Source: a virus (taxonomy: Duplodnaviria > Caudoviricetes). Taken from it: a stretch of DNA of 39,553 nucleotides. Numbering within the stretch: the first letter of the stretch is position 1; every line of letters begins with the position of its first letter. The notes beneath the pieces are model-generated. The model ran no database searches, had not been told where the DNA came from, and saw only the letters and a list, made by a program, of their open reading frames with translations. The stretch spans positions 1 through 39,553 of the IMG/VR virus record IMGVR_UViG_3300029448_000115, one strand, 5' to 3'. Shown here in pieces: positions 1 through 9,704 of the stretch. The position numbers and the translations under genes are program-made.

Positions 1-76
1 GCATTATAGTGATACTACTGGAAAGATAAAAGTGGGAGTGCATACGCTTGTAAATGCTGTTGCAACTAAATTATAA
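1..76 (+). CDS. 3' end of hypothetical protein (homolog of 36304-36588), truncated by window edge
   Basis: Translates HYSDTTGKIKVGVHTLVNAVATKL*, matching the C-terminus of ORF 36304-36588. Confidence 0.8.
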   Translation, partial: HYSDTTGKIKVGVHTLVNAVATKL

Positions 77-480
77 TGTTTATTGCTGTTGATCCTAAAA
101 ATTATATTTCAATATTGCATCAAAATAGGCATTCAATATTTCCTATTGATGAGCATACTATTGTAACGATATTAAACGAATATAGGCACATAGATGCTGA
201 ATGTGTGATCTTAAACAACGACAATAGATTTGATGTTGGATTTTGGTATGGCCTAGCGTTATCTTATAATTGGCAAATTGATATAATAGAGTCTGAGACT
301 TGGATGGATTATTTTGGATTATATCCTGAGGATGAAGTAGAGAGGATCAAGCATTGGATGTCTATTGCAAGGCTAAGATATCCCATGATGAAAGTAGATG
401 AAAATAATTTTGAAGTAATTTTGAGTGCATGTTACTTACATGATAAGTTTAAAGCAGAAATTAACGCGAGTTTTGCATAA
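76..480 (+). CDS. RuvC-fold protein, degenerate paralog of the resolvase at 13643-14098
   Basis: Collinear matches: FIAVDP~SIGIDVG, CVIL~CVIE, GFWYG~GQWLG, WMDYFG.P....ER..H~WMKYYG.P....ER..H, YP...V~YP...V, FEVILSACY~ADAILMAHY. Confidence 0.75.
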   Translation: MFIAVDPKNYISILHQNRHSIFPIDEHTIVTILNEYRHIDAECVILNNDNRFDVGFWYGLALSYNWQIDIIESETWMDYFGLYPEDEVERIKHWMSIARLRYPMMKVDENNFEVILSACYLHDKFKAEINASFA

Positions 481-968
481 TGAATAAATTTGATGATTTT
501 ATAGAACCATTAATTGAGCGCGAAGGCGGAGAAAAGATTATTGTAGATACTGGTGGCACTACAAAGTATGGCATTAGCGAAAAAGGTACAGGCCTTTCAG
601 CTGATGAGATAAAGAGCCTTACCAAGAGGCAAGCCATTGAGATATACCGCAAACATTATTATATACCATCAAAGTCAGATCGACTTCCTGAGCATTTACA
701 AGAAGCGTTTTTTGATAGCGTAGTAAATCAGGGCATTTCAAGAGCTACAAAGATTTTACAAACAGCTGCAAACCATAAAAATAGCAAAGGCTCAAAAATA
801 GCCGTAGATGGTAGGATTGGTAATCAAACGCTAAAAGCTGTGCAAAATTTAGAAAGTGAGCGATTTAGGGCGTTTAGGGTGCTTCATTACGCATCAATAA
901 CCTTAAAGCGACCTGATAAATACGAAAAGTATTATTATGGCTGGTTTAGGAGAGCTTTATCGCTGTAA
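480..968 (+). CDS. Endolysin, glycoside hydrolase family 108 (N-acetylmuramidase) with C-terminal PG-binding region
   Basis: EGG motif (EREGG), DxGGxTKYGIS, FD..VNQG, VDGRIG..TL, C-terminal YGWF.R. Confidence 0.9.
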   Translation: MNKFDDFIEPLIEREGGEKIIVDTGGTTKYGISEKGTGLSADEIKSLTKRQAIEIYRKHYYIPSKSDRLPEHLQEAFFDSVVNQGISRATKILQTAANHKNSKGSKIAVDGRIGNQTLKAVQNLESERFRAFRVLHYASITLKRPDKYEKYYYGWFRRALSL

Positions 969-1192
969 TGGATCAGGACTTTAAAAGCGTAGTTAAAGAA
1001 TCTTTAGCCACGCATACGACAAAATTAGAGAATATTGAGATGCAACTTAAAAGCATTGATAGTAGTTTAAAGTACAATATGACACGATTAAACAAACTTG
1101 AAACAGACCAAGCATTTATGAAGGGCATGGGAATCTTTATTGGTTCGGTGCTTAGTATTTTTATTGGATTAATAGCTTACATAGGAGGATAA
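968..1192 (+). CDS. Coiled-coil protein with C-terminal TM helix, holin/XhlA-like candidate
   Basis: Heptad N-terminus, hydrophobic C-terminus GMGIFIGSVLSIFIGLIAYIGG, coupled to the endolysin. Confidence 0.55.
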   Translation: MDQDFKSVVKESLATHTTKLENIEMQLKSIDSSLKYNMTRLNKLETDQAFMKGMGIFIGSVLSIFIGLIAYIGG

Positions 1193-1194
1193 AT

Positions 1195-1470
1195 ATGTTA
1201 GAAATTTTTGGAGACTATTTTAATTGGAGCAACTTCTTTTATTTAGTAGGAATTATATTAGCAGGATATGCAGCTGCAATTACGAGTGCAAATAGAAATA
1301 TTTTCATTCAAATTCAGGAGTTAATTGCCTGCTTGGAGCGAGTAAATAAAGATAAAAAAGTAACTTCTGCTGAGAAAAAAGAAGTAATGAAGGAAGCACT
1401 TGATATTGCAAAGGCTGTTATTCAGTCTAAATTAAGCTTGTCAGCATTAGCATTTTGGAGGAAAAAATAA
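1195..1470 (+). CDS. Small membrane protein, lysis-cassette (holin-like) candidate
   Basis: N-terminal TM FFYLVGIILAGYAAAI, basic C-terminus, GGAGG RBS, conserved in repeat copy 2. Confidence 0.5.
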   Translation: MLEIFGDYFNWSNFFYLVGIILAGYAAAITSANRNIFIQIQELIACLERVNKDKKVTSAEKKEVMKEALDIAKAVIQSKLSLSALAFWRKK

Positions 1471-2493
1471 ATGGCTGTAACCTCTAGCATAGCATATTGT
1501 TCAGAGAGGGATTTATTCGATGTTTATCCACAAATAAAATCCGCAGATACAAAAACTCGGATTTTTGGCTGGGTAGTTCATAGCAGTAATTTATATAGAG
1601 CAGATAATACTGGTTTAGTAACGCAATTATTTGCAGATGGGCAAGATTTAGGCTCTGCTCAGGCAAATAGCGGAGCAGTTACTTCTAATGGTCAATGGTT
1701 TTATGAATCATCATTAGATGCTGTTTATTATTATAATAGTTCTGCTAGCCCCAATGATATGATTATGGAAGCTGGCGAAGATTTTGCTACATTAACGCAG
1801 AGATATAGAGAGAATGCTAGTAGGCACTTAGAATCACTATTAGATAGCAGGCTTGCAGCAGAAATCGCAAAAGATCGCGAAGGTAACTATCCATATATAA
1901 TTAAAAGAACTACGGCTTTAATAGCCATTTCTCAGCTTTTAAAGGGAGATGATCCTGCTAGTGATGTGGCTGATGCCTTTATGGAAGAAGCTACTGAGTA
2001 TATTACAGGGCTTAGAACTGGAGATATTCAGCTTCCTCATCAGGTAACAGGAGACTCGCCTTATGGTTTTATTAGAGATGTAACCTATACATCAGGAAAG
2101 GTTAGGCCTGTTCAGACAAGGGGCGTATATCAAGGAACTTATGATCTAATAAAAGTGGTAATTACTACTGCTGGAGCTATTGGATCAGGTAAATATTCTA
2201 TATATGAGAAGTCAAGTTCTGATCTTAAAGCTGTTTTAATTGTAGATGGCGAGACTATAAATGGAGATTTTCAGCAATGCGCTGGAGGTCTTGAAATACG
2301 TTTTGCTGGAGGAACAGACTCATCTACAGCTGCTATTAACGATGAATGGGAAATTGAGGTTCATGGCATTGGGGAGGATGTCAGGGCTAGTAAAACTGGC
2401 AATATAAATATGTCAAGGGGTGCGTACCATTTGCCGTTTAAACGCTATAAGGGCGGGTTTTTAAGAGCAGGGCATAGGAAAATTAGGTTCTAA
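1471..2493 (+). CDS. Head-tail adaptor/connector-like virion protein with inserted beta domains
   Basis: N-terminal AYCS..DL and a helical core (AS..LES.L...YPY.IK..TA.IA) typical of Mu gp36/gp6-type adaptors; lies before the tail genes. Confidence 0.55.
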   Translation: MAVTSSIAYCSERDLFDVYPQIKSADTKTRIFGWVVHSSNLYRADNTGLVTQLFADGQDLGSAQANSGAVTSNGQWFYESSLDAVYYYNSSASPNDMIMEAGEDFATLTQRYRENASRHLESLLDSRLAAEIAKDREGNYPYIIKRTTALIAISQLLKGDDPASDVADAFMEEATEYITGLRTGDIQLPHQVTGDSPYGFIRDVTYTSGKVRPVQTRGVYQGTYDLIKVVITTAGAIGSGKYSIYEKSSSDLKAVLIVDGETINGDFQQCAGGLEIRFAGGTDSSTAAINDEWEIEVHGIGEDVRASKTGNINMSRGAYHLPFKRYKGGFLRAGHRKIRF

Positions 2494-2942
2494 TGGCCTT
2501 AGTAAAAGATACTACTTACAATAATATTTTTTATGATAATGTTTTATCAAAACTTAGGTCTATTATTACTACTGATAGAGCCTGTAGCGTATATGTTGCG
2601 CCAGCATATCAGGATCAAGGCTCTTTTTCTATTCGTTTATGGGGAACAAGTTTTGAAACAGATCAATTATATCCTGATGCATTTAGGAAGCTATATAATA
2701 CTGAGATATCTATTTATGCACTTGGAGAAGATGGAGATGAAAGATTTTATGAGCAGTTATATAGTGATTCTGAAAGGCTTTATCAGCTTTTATTTAACAA
2801 TTCTAATTTATCGAGTGGCGATTATGCGTGGAAAGATGCTCAAGTTAGCGAGGTAATTTTTGATGATTTTGTAGGAGCAGAAGAAGATGTCGATAGCTTG
2901 CATGTGGCTCGATTTGCTTTTTCTTGTCGCATCACAAGGTAA
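2493..2942 (+). CDS. Putative tail terminator / head-tail completion protein
   Basis: 149 aa, immediately before the tail tube gene, terminal beta strand (ARFAFSCRI). Confidence 0.5.
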   Translation: MALVKDTTYNNIFYDNVLSKLRSIITTDRACSVYVAPAYQDQGSFSIRLWGTSFETDQLYPDAFRKLYNTEISIYALGEDGDERFYEQLYSDSERLYQLLFNNSNLSSGDYAWKDAQVSEVIFDDFVGAEEDVDSLHVARFAFSCRITR

Positions 2943-2969
2943 ATTAAATATAAATTAAGGAAACTTATT

Positions 2970-3170
2970 ATGGCAAATAATAAAAAAGTAGAAAAACAAG
3001 TAAAATATAAGGCAAATAAAACTTTTAAGGTTTTTGTGTCTGATAAAGGCTTATTAAGTGAGTCTCAGTATAAAAATTTATTAAAAGGTGAAGCAGTTTC
3101 TTTAAAAGATGTGCCTAAAAAACAAATGAATTATCTACTAACAAATAATTTAATTATTAAGGAGCAATAA
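2970..3170 (+). CDS. Hypothetical small basic protein
   Basis: AAGGA RBS, ORF fills the gap, start is repeated at 39479. Confidence 0.65.
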   Translation: MANNKKVEKQVKYKANKTFKVFVSDKGLLSESQYKNLLKGEAVSLKDVPKKQMNYLLTNNLIIKEQ

Positions 3171-3171
3171 A

Positions 3172-4191
3172 ATGGCTACAAACGCATCAGGTCGCGAGTA
3201 TAATTTAATCATAGGTAAGCAAGATTCTTCTGCATTAGTAATTGGTGGCGATGGTAGTATCGATGATGCTGATTTTGTAAGCGGAACTCGTCTTTTTATG
3301 AGAGTTGATCAGGTAAATGGCATTAATTACGATGCAGGGTTTACTACATCGGAAGTTTTAAGATCAGGAAGAAGAAGTTATGAAGATGGCGATATGATTC
3401 GTCATTATGGATCAGGCACTTGGAGCTATGATTTTGATTATTTAGTTGAAAACGAAGTAATGCTTCAAACATTAATGAGCCTTGCGCTTGATATTGCTGA
3501 TACTACTGGAACTATTACAGTTACGCCTGCTATTGCGAATGCTACAAATGATTATTCTCATGGTTTAAATAGTGGCGATAATTGTGGAATAGTATTATTA
3601 GAGGCAAGCACATCAGGATTATCTGCTGATGATCAAGTTATGCACAGCGCAGTATTAAATAATTTAACGCTGTCAATGTCAATGGGAACTGATGGCGGTC
3701 GTGTTAGGGCAAGCGGATCATTTTACAGTGGTTATAAGCCTGTCGTAAAAGATTCAGGTGTTACTGGTGCTACAACAGCTTCTAATTATGAAAAAGGTTT
3801 ATTTGATTTTACTACATTAACTATTGGTGGCCATGCTGTTACATGCTCTGATTTTTCGATTACAATTACAAATGAAGCTCAAAGAGTAGGTTGGCAAGGA
3901 GCAAGCGCAGAAGCAGATGGATATGTTCGCGGTGGTTTATATGATATAAGCGGATCAATTACTGTTAAATATGATGCTGATACAGCTGATGCATTAGCAG
4001 ACTGGAAAGCCAACACGGCATACGCAATAGCCTTAAACGATGGATCAACATGGGATTTTAGTATTCCTAACGCAAGGATGACAGGCCACAATATTGATTT
4101 TGCTGATGAAGGCGTTTTTGTTGAAATTCCATTTACTGCTACAACAGGAGCTGCTGGCACAGGTAATCTCGCCGTTTTTAAAACATCATAA
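3172..4191 (+). CDS. Major tail tube protein
   Basis: G/T/S/D-rich 339-aa beta protein with FSITITN..., ISGSITVKYD and terminal IPFTA motifs of phage tail tubes; upstream of chaperones and tape measure. Confidence 0.8.
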   Translation: MATNASGREYNLIIGKQDSSALVIGGDGSIDDADFVSGTRLFMRVDQVNGINYDAGFTTSEVLRSGRRSYEDGDMIRHYGSGTWSYDFDYLVENEVMLQTLMSLALDIADTTGTITVTPAIANATNDYSHGLNSGDNCGIVLLEASTSGLSADDQVMHSAVLNNLTLSMSMGTDGGRVRASGSFYSGYKPVVKDSGVTGATTASNYEKGLFDFTTLTIGGHAVTCSDFSITITNEAQRVGWQGASAEADGYVRGGLYDISGSITVKYDADTADALADWKANTAYAIALNDGSTWDFSIPNARMTGHNIDFADEGVFVEIPFTATTGAAGTGNLAVFKTS

Positions 4192-4218
4192 TAAATAATT
4201 AATCATAGGAGGGAAATT

Positions 4219-4518
4219 ATGATTGAAAAAAAGCTCAATACAGGGCGTAAAGTTCTTATAAAAGAGATGTCTGTTGATCAAATAGATCAATGCACAGATA
4301 TTCCTGAAGTTATTTTTGCTGAGGGATCAGTAAAAACTATTAAAAACTCTTCAAAAGCTCGCACTCAATGGATCAGATATGGTTTAGGTGGTGGCGATTT
4401 TAAAGATTATAAAGAGCAGAATGGAATCGCTGCTGATAATACTATTAAAGAAATGACACTTGAAGAAAAAGATGATTTAATGCTTGCTATTCAAGATGCT
4501 CAAGTATTGGGAAAATAG
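4219..4518 (+). CDS. Tail assembly chaperone (gpG-like)
   Basis: Between tube and tape measure, AGGAGG RBS, ends on slippery G GGA AAA TAG. Confidence 0.75.
   Translation: MIEKKLNTGRKVLIKEMSVDQIDQCTDIPEVIFAEGSVKTIKNSSKARTQWIRYGLGGGDFKDYKEQNGIAADNTIKEMTLEEKDDLMLAIQDAQVLGK
4509..4515 (+). other. Programmed -1 ribosomal frameshift site GGGAAAA (G/GT)
   Basis: XXXYYYZ heptamer in the correct phase at the end of G. The -1 frame is open into ORF 4524-4973, analogous to lambda GGGAAAG. Confidence 0.8.
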
Positions 4519-4523
4519 ATGGC

Positions 4524-4973
4524 TTGCTGTTAGGGATCAATGTTAGCATATCCCTGTTTGGAATACCCGACAATAAGCCGAGATTTAACAACTATCCATA
4601 TACAATCCAATCAGTTTTAAAAGATCAGAAAAAAGCTACCTTTACAGCTAAAACTGATGTAGAGCCTTATCTTTTAAAAGTTTACGAAGAAGCTTTAAGC
4701 TTTAAAAACAATACCGAAGCAGGCGCAATTTTAGACACTTTTGCGCAAATTCCATTTTTTTGCAACATTGAAATGTTCCTTAATACTAAATTTCAACGTG
4801 ATTTGCAACGATATTCATATTCTCAAGATACTAAAACACCGCCATATCAGGGCGATTATGGATCAACACCGAAGCTATGGCTGCAAAAATATTTTATTAT
4901 TAAGGGCGTTATAAATACACATCAAAATCGTGAGGTAAAAAAACGTGGCAGAAAAACTAAAACAAACAATTGA
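4524..4973 (+). CDS. Tail assembly chaperone gpT-like frameshift extension
   Basis: In the -1 frame relative to G, weak TTG start without RBS, overlaps the tape measure start. Confidence 0.7.
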   Translation: MLLGINVSISLFGIPDNKPRFNNYPYTIQSVLKDQKKATFTAKTDVEPYLLKVYEEALSFKNNTEAGAILDTFAQIPFFCNIEMFLNTKFQRDLQRYSYSQDTKTPPYQGDYGSTPKLWLQKYFIIKGVINTHQNREVKKRGRKTKTNN

Positions 4974-7344
4974 ATTTCAGGCCAAAGGCATACAAAAGCT
5001 TAAAGGTCAATACAAAGATTTAGAGCGTAGAACAAAAGGCTTAGAGGGTAGCACAAAAGGGGCTGGCGGAGCAATGGGCGGAATGGTTGCTAAGCTTGGC
5101 CTTACTACTGTTGCTTTATATGCAGCATCGCGAGCTATCTCAGCTGTCGTTCGCGTTGGAAAAGAATTTGAAAAAAACATGTCAAATGTTGCAGCTATTA
5201 GTGGTGCGGCTGGGCAAGAATTAGCTGCTTTAGAGCAAAATGCTAAAAAGTTAGGATCAACAACTGTTTTTACAGCATCTCAAGTTGCTGGCTTACAAGT
5301 TGAATTTGCAAAATTAGGTTTTTCAAGTAAAGAAATTAGAGGTGTTACAAAAGGCACGCTCGCTTTAGCTTCAGCAACTGGATCAGAATTATCTATAGCG
5401 GCTGCTGTTGCAGGGCAAACACTTAGGGCTTTTGGATTAGATGTAAGCGAAACTGGAACAGTTACTGATGCAATGGCAGCATCTTTTTCTTCATCAGCTT
5501 TAGATATGGACAAGTTTGCAAATTCTATGCAATATGTAGCGCCTATTGCTAAGCAAGTTGGCTTTAGTGTTCAAGATACAACGGCAATTCTTGGAACGCT
5601 TGCAAATGCTGGTATAAGCGGATCAATGGCTGGAACAAGTCTTAGAAAGATTTTATTAGAGCTTGGAAATGAAAATTCTAAGCTTACAAAAAAGATCGGA
5701 TTTAGCGTAAAAAGTAGTGACGATCTGCAAAGAGCCTTATCTAAATTATCCGCTGAGGGTATTGGCACAGCGGAAATGAAAGAAATGGTAGGTCAAAGAG
5801 CAATATCTGCTTTTAACATTTTAATGGAAGGCACTGAGACTACAAAAGAGCTTACAACCGCTTTAAATGATAGCGGTGGAGCTGCTCAAAAAATGGCTGA
5901 TACCCAACTTGATAATTTAGAAGGAAAGACTACATTGCTTAACAGCGCTATGGAGGGGTTAGGCATTGTTATTTCAGAGCGTTTAAACGCTGGTTTAGTC
6001 GAGGTAACCGAATCATTTACAAGCTTTGCAACAAGCTTAACGAAAATTATAGAAATTCCATTAAGCAGTAAAATAAGAGAAGAGCAAATTGAGTTTAATG
6101 CGTTAATCGGGGCATTAAAAGATGTCAATATTAATCAAGAGTCTCGCCAAACTCATTTAAATACTTTAATGAGTAAATATCCGAATTACATTAAAAATTT
6201 AGATATTGAAAGCCTGTCTATAGATCAACTTTCTAAAATTCAAAAAACAGCTAATGATGAATTTCTAAGAAAGATAGAGCTAACTGCAAAAGAAGAAATT
6301 TTAGCAGAGAGAAAAGCGAAGATGTTAAAAGCTCAAATTGCTATCCAAGAACAAGAATTAATTGTTAATAAAGAAGTTGATGAATTTATGCAAGGCTTAG
6401 TTTTTGGGATGGTAGGAGAAATAGATACTAAAAAAGCTTCAAACGAAGTAGATGATTTAAAAATAAAAAGATTACAGCAATTAAGAGAAGATTCAGAAAG
6501 ATTGACAAAAGAATATCAAGCTGCGGTTGATGTTCTTGGGAAATATAAACAAGCCACAGATGAAGCAAGTGGATCAGTTGAAACCTTTGCTGGATCGGTT
6601 GAAGGCGCAGAAGGTGGTTCAGGTGGAGGCACGGAGGATAAAAAAAGTTTTCAAGATGAATTTACAAAACAAGAGCTGGCTATTTATCAGCAGTATTTAA
6701 GCCAAAGGAAGAGCATAACTACATTATCTCGCGAAGAAGAAGAAATAGCATTAGACACACAACATACAAAATTAAAAGAAATGCTTGAAGGTCAAGGCAA
6801 AGAATTAATAGCATTAGAAAAATTTGTTGCTGACTCAAAAGAGGCTATTGCATTAAAACATTTTAATAATATGATGGGCGTTTATTCTCAATTTGCTTCA
6901 GGATTTAGCGCGTTTTTGGGCGAATTTGCAGGAAGTCAAAAAGCATCCGCAAGGATGGCTCAAGTTGCGGCTACTATTGACACCTACGCAGCTGCAAACA
7001 CAGCATTAAAAACTGTACAACCTTATCCATTAAACGTAGCAGCCGCCGCAGGTATCGTTGCTTCAGGGTTAGCAAATGTTATGCAAATATCAAAAGGCAT
7101 TGGAGAGTTTAAAAGCGCAGAAACTGGTTATAGTGGTGTAGTAGATAGACCTACTATGTTTATGACTGGAGAAAATAACAAGGCAGAGCAAGTAAGTATA
7201 ACGCCACTTGAAAGCCCTAATATAGCAGGTGCAGAAGGCGGCGGAGGTATTACGATCAATGTTTCAGCTCCGCTAGTTGATGAAAGCATTATAGATTCAA
7301 TTTTACCAGCCATAGCACGCGCTCAACAGATGGAACTTGCATGA
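4945..7344 (+). CDS. Tail tape measure protein (TP901-family core)
   Basis: FEKNMSNVAAISGA, LGSTTVFTASQ, GISGSMAGTSLR, MADTQLDNLEG motifs followed by long helical Ala/Glu/Lys-rich sequence. Confidence 0.93.
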   Translation: MAEKLKQTIEFQAKGIQKLKGQYKDLERRTKGLEGSTKGAGGAMGGMVAKLGLTTVALYAASRAISAVVRVGKEFEKNMSNVAAISGAAGQELAALEQNAKKLGSTTVFTASQVAGLQVEFAKLGFSSKEIRGVTKGTLALASATGSELSIAAAVAGQTLRAFGLDVSETGTVTDAMAASFSSSALDMDKFANSMQYVAPIAKQVGFSVQDTTAILGTLANAGISGSMAGTSLRKILLELGNENSKLTKKIGFSVKSSDDLQRALSKLSAEGIGTAEMKEMVGQRAISAFNILMEGTETTKELTTALNDSGGAAQKMADTQLDNLEGKTTLLNSAMEGLGIVISERLNAGLVEVTESFTSFATSLTKIIEIPLSSKIREEQIEFNALIGALKDVNINQESRQTHLNTLMSKYPNYIKNLDIESLSIDQLSKIQKTANDEFLRKIELTAKEEILAERKAKMLKAQIAIQEQELIVNKEVDEFMQGLVFGMVGEIDTKKASNEVDDLKIKRLQQLREDSERLTKEYQAAVDVLGKYKQATDEASGSVETFAGSVEGAEGGSGGGTEDKKSFQDEFTKQELAIYQQYLSQRKSITTLSREEEEIALDTQHTKLKEMLEGQGKELIALEKFVADSKEAIALKHFNNMMGVYSQFASGFSAFLGEFAGSQKASARMAQVAATIDTYAAANTALKTVQPYPLNVAAAAGIVASGLANVMQISKGIGEFKSAETGYSGVVDRPTMFMTGENNKAEQVSITPLESPNIAGAEGGGGITINVSAPLVDESIIDSILPAIARAQQMELA

Positions 7345-9704
7345 GCTTAGCCTTACCAACTAATTACGCTTCTGCTTCCAAATCAGGCAATATTCAAGAG
7401 AATTGGATAGTTAGGCTTTATTATGATAATGAAGGCGCAAATGATTATACAGCTATTTCTTTAAATGATACTGTTGTTGAAGATGTTTTTTATCATGGAG
7501 TTATATCAAATGAACCTAAGATCAGAACAAATGTTAATGTTTTTGAGTCTAAGGCAAGCACATCTCAAATATCATTGACTATTATTAATTTTAATTATAA
7601 AGGTGTAAACTTTTCTGAAGAGCTTTTATATGGATCAAAAGCATACATAAATAGATCAGTAAAAATTTATTCTCAATTAAATGGATCAGCAGCAATTGCG
7701 GATTGCTTGCAATTATTTGAAGGTCGTTTTGTTGATATTTCACATGATAACGATAAAATTACATTGTCAATTGTAGAGCAGCGGCCGTGGGATTTCATCG
7801 AAATACCTAATCAAAGAACTGTTTTATCTAATAATCAGTTAGGCATTCCATCTTATTTTCCTGTAGCCTATGGCGATTTTAATGCAAATGTTAGTTATCA
7901 AGGTGCAGAAGCATTGTGCCATGCGAATATAAGCGGTCAAGATACTAATTTATACCCGATTCCTGTGCATACTTATGATGCTAATGAGTTTTTTTGCTTA
8001 GCGGCTGAGAGTGATGGCAGCAACACAGAAAACACCGCTGATAGTGTTACCCCTCATTTTTATGAGCCAAACATTGATTCTTTTATACCTCTTTTAAATA
8101 GCAGTGGGAATACATATATGAACAACACTGCTAGTTATCAAGGCGGCAACGCTATTAAAGCTCCTTTAACACTGTTTAGAGCTTTTAGATTTAAGCCAAC
8201 AGAGCTTGGAGGTAGTAACGCTTTTACTGAGGGGGATAGTGGCTATAATGCCTTTGATACACTTTTTGGATCATCAAGCACAGGTTCAAATATAACAACA
8301 GTATCAAATCATCCAGCAAAAGTACCCGATCAGCCTTTTAATCCTGATCAAGATTATACTGAGTCAGCTAATGGGTTTTATAATATGCCTAGTATTGATG
8401 GAAAAATTTTATATTTAAAAATTCTAATTACTGGCTATGCAACAATAAGAGCGGAGGCAAGCAACGTATCAATGTTTTTAAGCGTAACTGGTAATAATAT
8501 GCAAGGTAATTTAGCAGGCTTAACAATTGCAAACATTACTAGCGGAGCAACAAGCTCTGCGACTCTTTATCATCAGTCTTTTGGAGACACTGGAGCAGCT
8601 CAAACAGGTTCAGTAAGCGCTGGTACATTTACATCAGCAGACTTAGTAAGTACTAATTTTTCAACACAAGATTTTAAAATTAATGCATCCTATACATGGC
8701 AAGTAGGTACTGAGACAGATAGTAAAACAGGATCAACCGCAGGTAATGCTTATGTAAGCGATATTCATTATTTAGCAAGGACTAAACTTGAATTTGATAG
8801 CACAAATATGTCAGCAAACATAGAGCGTTTAAACAAGGTTAAAATGCTTTATACAGGTGCAAATGGATTAAATAAATCTTATACTGGAGGTAGCGGAACA
8901 GCTGGCAAGGGAATTGAAGCTCATCGCGATATGCTATTCAGGTACGCTGGTTTTGATGCTGCTGATGCTGCTATATATAACTGGGGAGCATCGACACCAA
9001 GCAGTGGATCATTAAATATTGCATCAGCAAGATCAGGTTGGAATATTACCTTTTGGCAATTAGAGCCAAGACCTTTAAAAAATATCTTGCAGCAATTACA
9101 GAAAGAATTTTGCTTTTGGTTTAAGTGGCGTGCGGATGGATCAGCTTCGTATTGGTATGTAAAAGATTCTTATTCTTCAAGCGATGTGAGCAATACTTTT
9201 ACATTAAGAGACATGGAGAACATTAAAATAAAAAATACAAGCTGGAAAGATTTAATTACTTTTTATGACGTTGAATATAAACGTCATCCAGCAAAAAACT
9301 CTAGGTATATAAAGTCTCTATCCAGTCAAGACTCTACAGCTAATGTAAGATCAGCATACAACATACAAACAAAAGAAAATAAAAAAAGCGTAAAACTTGA
9401 TATGAATATTAATAAAGCTGGCGCTGCTAATGTTGGCGCAGGCTCGCCGAATGATGGTTTCAGCAATTACTATTTAAATTTATCAGGTAAGGTGAGAAAA
9501 GTAATTTCTTTTAAAGCTGTTAATCCAGCTGCTGCTTATAATTTAGAAACTGGAGATATTATAAATTTTTCACCAACAGCAGGTGATATGCCTGTTAAGC
9601 CTTTTGGTCACGAATGGAATGAAAGCGGATCACAGTTCTACATGATTACCGATTTACAAAGATCAAGAGGCTCAATTAATATAACATGTTTGGAGGTTGG
9701 CTAA
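7341..9704 (+). CDS. Tail tip / baseplate hub-like protein
   Basis: 787 aa directly after the tape measure; FPVAYGDF motif; C-terminal LETGDII...YMITDLQRS hub-like end. Confidence 0.6.
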   Translation: MSLALPTNYASASKSGNIQENWIVRLYYDNEGANDYTAISLNDTVVEDVFYHGVISNEPKIRTNVNVFESKASTSQISLTIINFNYKGVNFSEELLYGSKAYINRSVKIYSQLNGSAAIADCLQLFEGRFVDISHDNDKITLSIVEQRPWDFIEIPNQRTVLSNNQLGIPSYFPVAYGDFNANVSYQGAEALCHANISGQDTNLYPIPVHTYDANEFFCLAAESDGSNTENTADSVTPHFYEPNIDSFIPLLNSSGNTYMNNTASYQGGNAIKAPLTLFRAFRFKPTELGGSNAFTEGDSGYNAFDTLFGSSSTGSNITTVSNHPAKVPDQPFNPDQDYTESANGFYNMPSIDGKILYLKILITGYATIRAEASNVSMFLSVTGNNMQGNLAGLTIANITSGATSSATLYHQSFGDTGAAQTGSVSAGTFTSADLVSTNFSTQDFKINASYTWQVGTETDSKTGSTAGNAYVSDIHYLARTKLEFDSTNMSANIERLNKVKMLYTGANGLNKSYTGGSGTAGKGIEAHRDMLFRYAGFDAADAAIYNWGASTPSSGSLNIASARSGWNITFWQLEPRPLKNILQQLQKEFCFWFKWRADGSASYWYVKDSYSSSDVSNTFTLRDMENIKIKNTSWKDLITFYDVEYKRHPAKNSRYIKSLSSQDSTANVRSAYNIQTKENKKSVKLDMNINKAGAANVGAGSPNDGFSNYYLNLSGKVRKVISFKAVNPAAAYNLETGDIINFSPTAGDMPVKPFGHEWNESGSQFYMITDLQRSRGSINITCLEVG

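Larger units (their letters stand above)
1..3044. repeat. Diverged direct repeat, copy 1 (partner 36513-39553)
   Basis: Same gene series at an offset of 36512 (36509 after a 3-bp indel at the RuvC-like/endolysin junction). Many synonymous differences. Only the last 96 bp (2949-3044 vs 39458-39553) are identical. Confidence 0.97.

Noticed and set aside
76-480. TnpB/Cas12-like RNA-guided nuclease
   Set aside because: Only 134 aa, no zinc finger, wedge or REC region, and no adjacent array; best explained as a resolvase paralog.
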